DNA from: Octopus bimaculoides
Taxonomy: Eukaryota
Direction: 5' to 3'
Assembly (NCBI RefSeq): GCF_001194135.2
Contig: NC_069000.1
Span: 5,574,353 to 5,611,618 of the forward strand
Length of the DNA stretch: 37,266 bases
Position numbers and translations under genes: made by a program. Shown here one piece after another: positions 35,845 to 37,266 of this stretch (within the stretch, counting starts at the first letter, position 1; the number at the start of each line of letters is the position of its first letter). The notes under the pieces were generated by a model, which ran no database searches, was not told the DNA's origin, and was given only the letters and a program-made list of their open reading frames with translations.

Positions 35845-35990
35845 TGGCGTAGCTGTTTGGTAAGTAGCTTGCTTCCCAACCACATGGTTCCGGGTTCACA
35901 TCGACTGTGTTTTCAACTCTAACTGCGGGCAGGCCTAAGCCTTATCAATAGATGTGTTAGACAGAAATTGAAAAAGGTTCGTCGTATATA
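35845..35990 (+). mobile_element. SINE family A, 5' half
   Basis: ggtaagtagcttgcttcccaaccacatggttccgggttca head through ...gttcgtcgtatata, then microsatellite. Confidence 0.85.
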
Positions 35991-36057
35991 CACACACGTA
36001 AACACTCACACACACACACACACACACACATACACATATGTATATACATATATATAT

Positions 36058-36136
36058 ACACGACGGGTTTCTTTCAGTTTCCGTCTACCAGATCCACTCA
36101 CAAGGCTTTGTTCGGCCCGAGGCTATAGTAGAAGAC
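36058..36136 (-). mobile_element. SINE family A, internal 5'-half fragment
   Basis: cgacgggtttctttcagtttccgtctaccagatccactcacaaggctttgttcggcccgaggctatagtagaagac is the reverse complement of the family A body (compare 19065-19145). Confidence 0.88.
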
Positions 36137-36317
36137 GATAGATAGATGGATGCATACGTACATACATACATACATATATACAGACAGACAGTGAGACAGG
36201 CAGACAGGCAAGCAGGCAGGCTGGGAGGCAGGTAGGCAGACATACGGACGGACGGACGAACTCAGAGGGAGATGAAGACAAACATTTCAGGGAAATGGTG
36301 GAAAAGTTTAGCATATA

Positions 36318-36796
36318 AAAGAGATTCTCTTCTGTTCTGTTCACCCTGTAAAGGTTATCCCGCATCACTAATCTGCGTGATGTTATGCTTCCCAGAATTC
36401 TGTTCGGCATTGAAAAAGAGGTNNNNNNNNNNNNNNNNNNNNNNNNNNNNNNNNNNNNNNNNNNNNNNNNNNNNNNNNNNNNNNNNNNNNNNNNNNNNNN
36501 NNNNNNNNNNNNNNNNNNNNNNNNNNNNNNNNNNNNNNNNNNNNNNNNNNNNNNNNNNNNNNNNNNNNNNNNNNNNNNNNNNNNNNNNNNNNNNNNNNNN
36601 NNNNNNNNNNNNNNNNNNNNNNNNNNNNNNNNNNNNNNNNNNNNNNNNNNNNNNNNNNNNNNNNNNNNNNNNNNNNNNNNNNNNNNNNNNNAAAGAGATT
36701 CTCTTCTGTTCTGTTCACCCTGTAAAGGTTATCCCGCATCACTAATCTGCGTGATGTTATGCTTCCCAGAATTCTGTTCGGCATTGAAAAAGAGGT
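36318..36796. repeat. Identical 105-bp direct repeat flanking an N gap (probable assembly overlap artefact)
   Basis: 36318-36422 equals 36692-36796, and both copies end or start exactly at the gap edges. Confidence 0.85.
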
Positions 36797-37266
36797 CAGC
36801 ATATTATAGAAATCTACACATATTGTTGCATTACTGCAGTTCTAAGCGATTTTCTGAGCATTTACCATATCCAAGAGAAATTCATTGGAATCGTAGCGAT
36901 TCACCATAGGCCGTGTTGCTATGGTGCTTTGGGTGATAGCATTCACAGGAAGAGCTATTGTGTCAAATGAAGTTGTTCTATGATGAGAGACGCACGGCAT
37001 TTCGCGTAATTATCGTAGACACATGCAACCAAAATGTGCCGGCATACTTGGATTTATGAAATTGCCTGTATATACATAGAAATATATATATGTGTGTGTG
37101 TGTACATACTATATATGCATGCATGCATGATATACATATACATACATGCATATATATATATAGAAATATTAATATTTGTAAGTCTCTCTAAAGGAGACTA
37201 CGGCAGCGGTACTGGAAATTGGAAATTGGCTTGGCGATAACTATATATATATATATATATATATAT

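Larger units (their letters stand above)
1879..36691. other. 15 assembly gaps totalling about 6.5 kb
   Basis: N runs at 1879-2575, 8129-8217, 9068-9386, 9677-10434, 14934-15195, 18340-18705, 19914-20320, 23793-24492, 26951-26960, 27711-28394, 30087-30437, 31698-32324, 33110-33157, 33847-34730 and 36423-36691. Confidence 0.98.

Noticed and set aside
1728-36909. Long ORFs containing X runs, or IY/CV/HT dipeptide and homopolymer tracts
   Set aside because: They are produced by N gaps and microsatellites that lack stop codons; no coding evidence.
1-37266. CRISPR array, rRNA or prokaryotic operon-type system
   Set aside because: No regularly spaced repeat-spacer array, rRNA-like sequence or dense ORFs; the window is eukaryotic repeat-rich DNA.

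Overview
AT-rich, microsatellite-saturated eukaryotic non-coding DNA (intronic or intergenic). The SINE families resemble those of Octopus, so a coleoid cephalopod short-read assembly is likely; this is an inference from remembered consensus sequences, not a database hit. About 6.5 kb (about 17%) is N in 15 gaps, nearly all bounded by simple repeats, and almost all long ORFs in the track are gap or microsatellite artefacts. No intact recognisable protein-coding gene, RNA gene or CRISPR array is supported. Well supported: a decayed rosa/DD41D-type mariner transposase (8-745), a decayed Tc1 transposase (25407-26010), adjacent 3' ends of a CR1/L2-like and an RTE-like LINE (13622-14232), a non-autonomous DNA element end with a subterminal repeat plus hairpin (26371-26667), and about 14 tRNA-derived SINE copies from at least three families, several in closely spaced inverted pairs. 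Two leads stand out. (i) A 21-bp perfect fold-back hairpin at 5947-5995 built from a Penelope-type repeat end carrying a degenerate hammerhead-ribozyme-like core. (ii) A speculative spliced + strand model joining a signal-peptide exon (15918-15966) in phase to an exon at 31007-31224, giving an 88-aa precursor with a dibasic site and a C-terminal Gly-Lys amidation signal. Both need transcript data.
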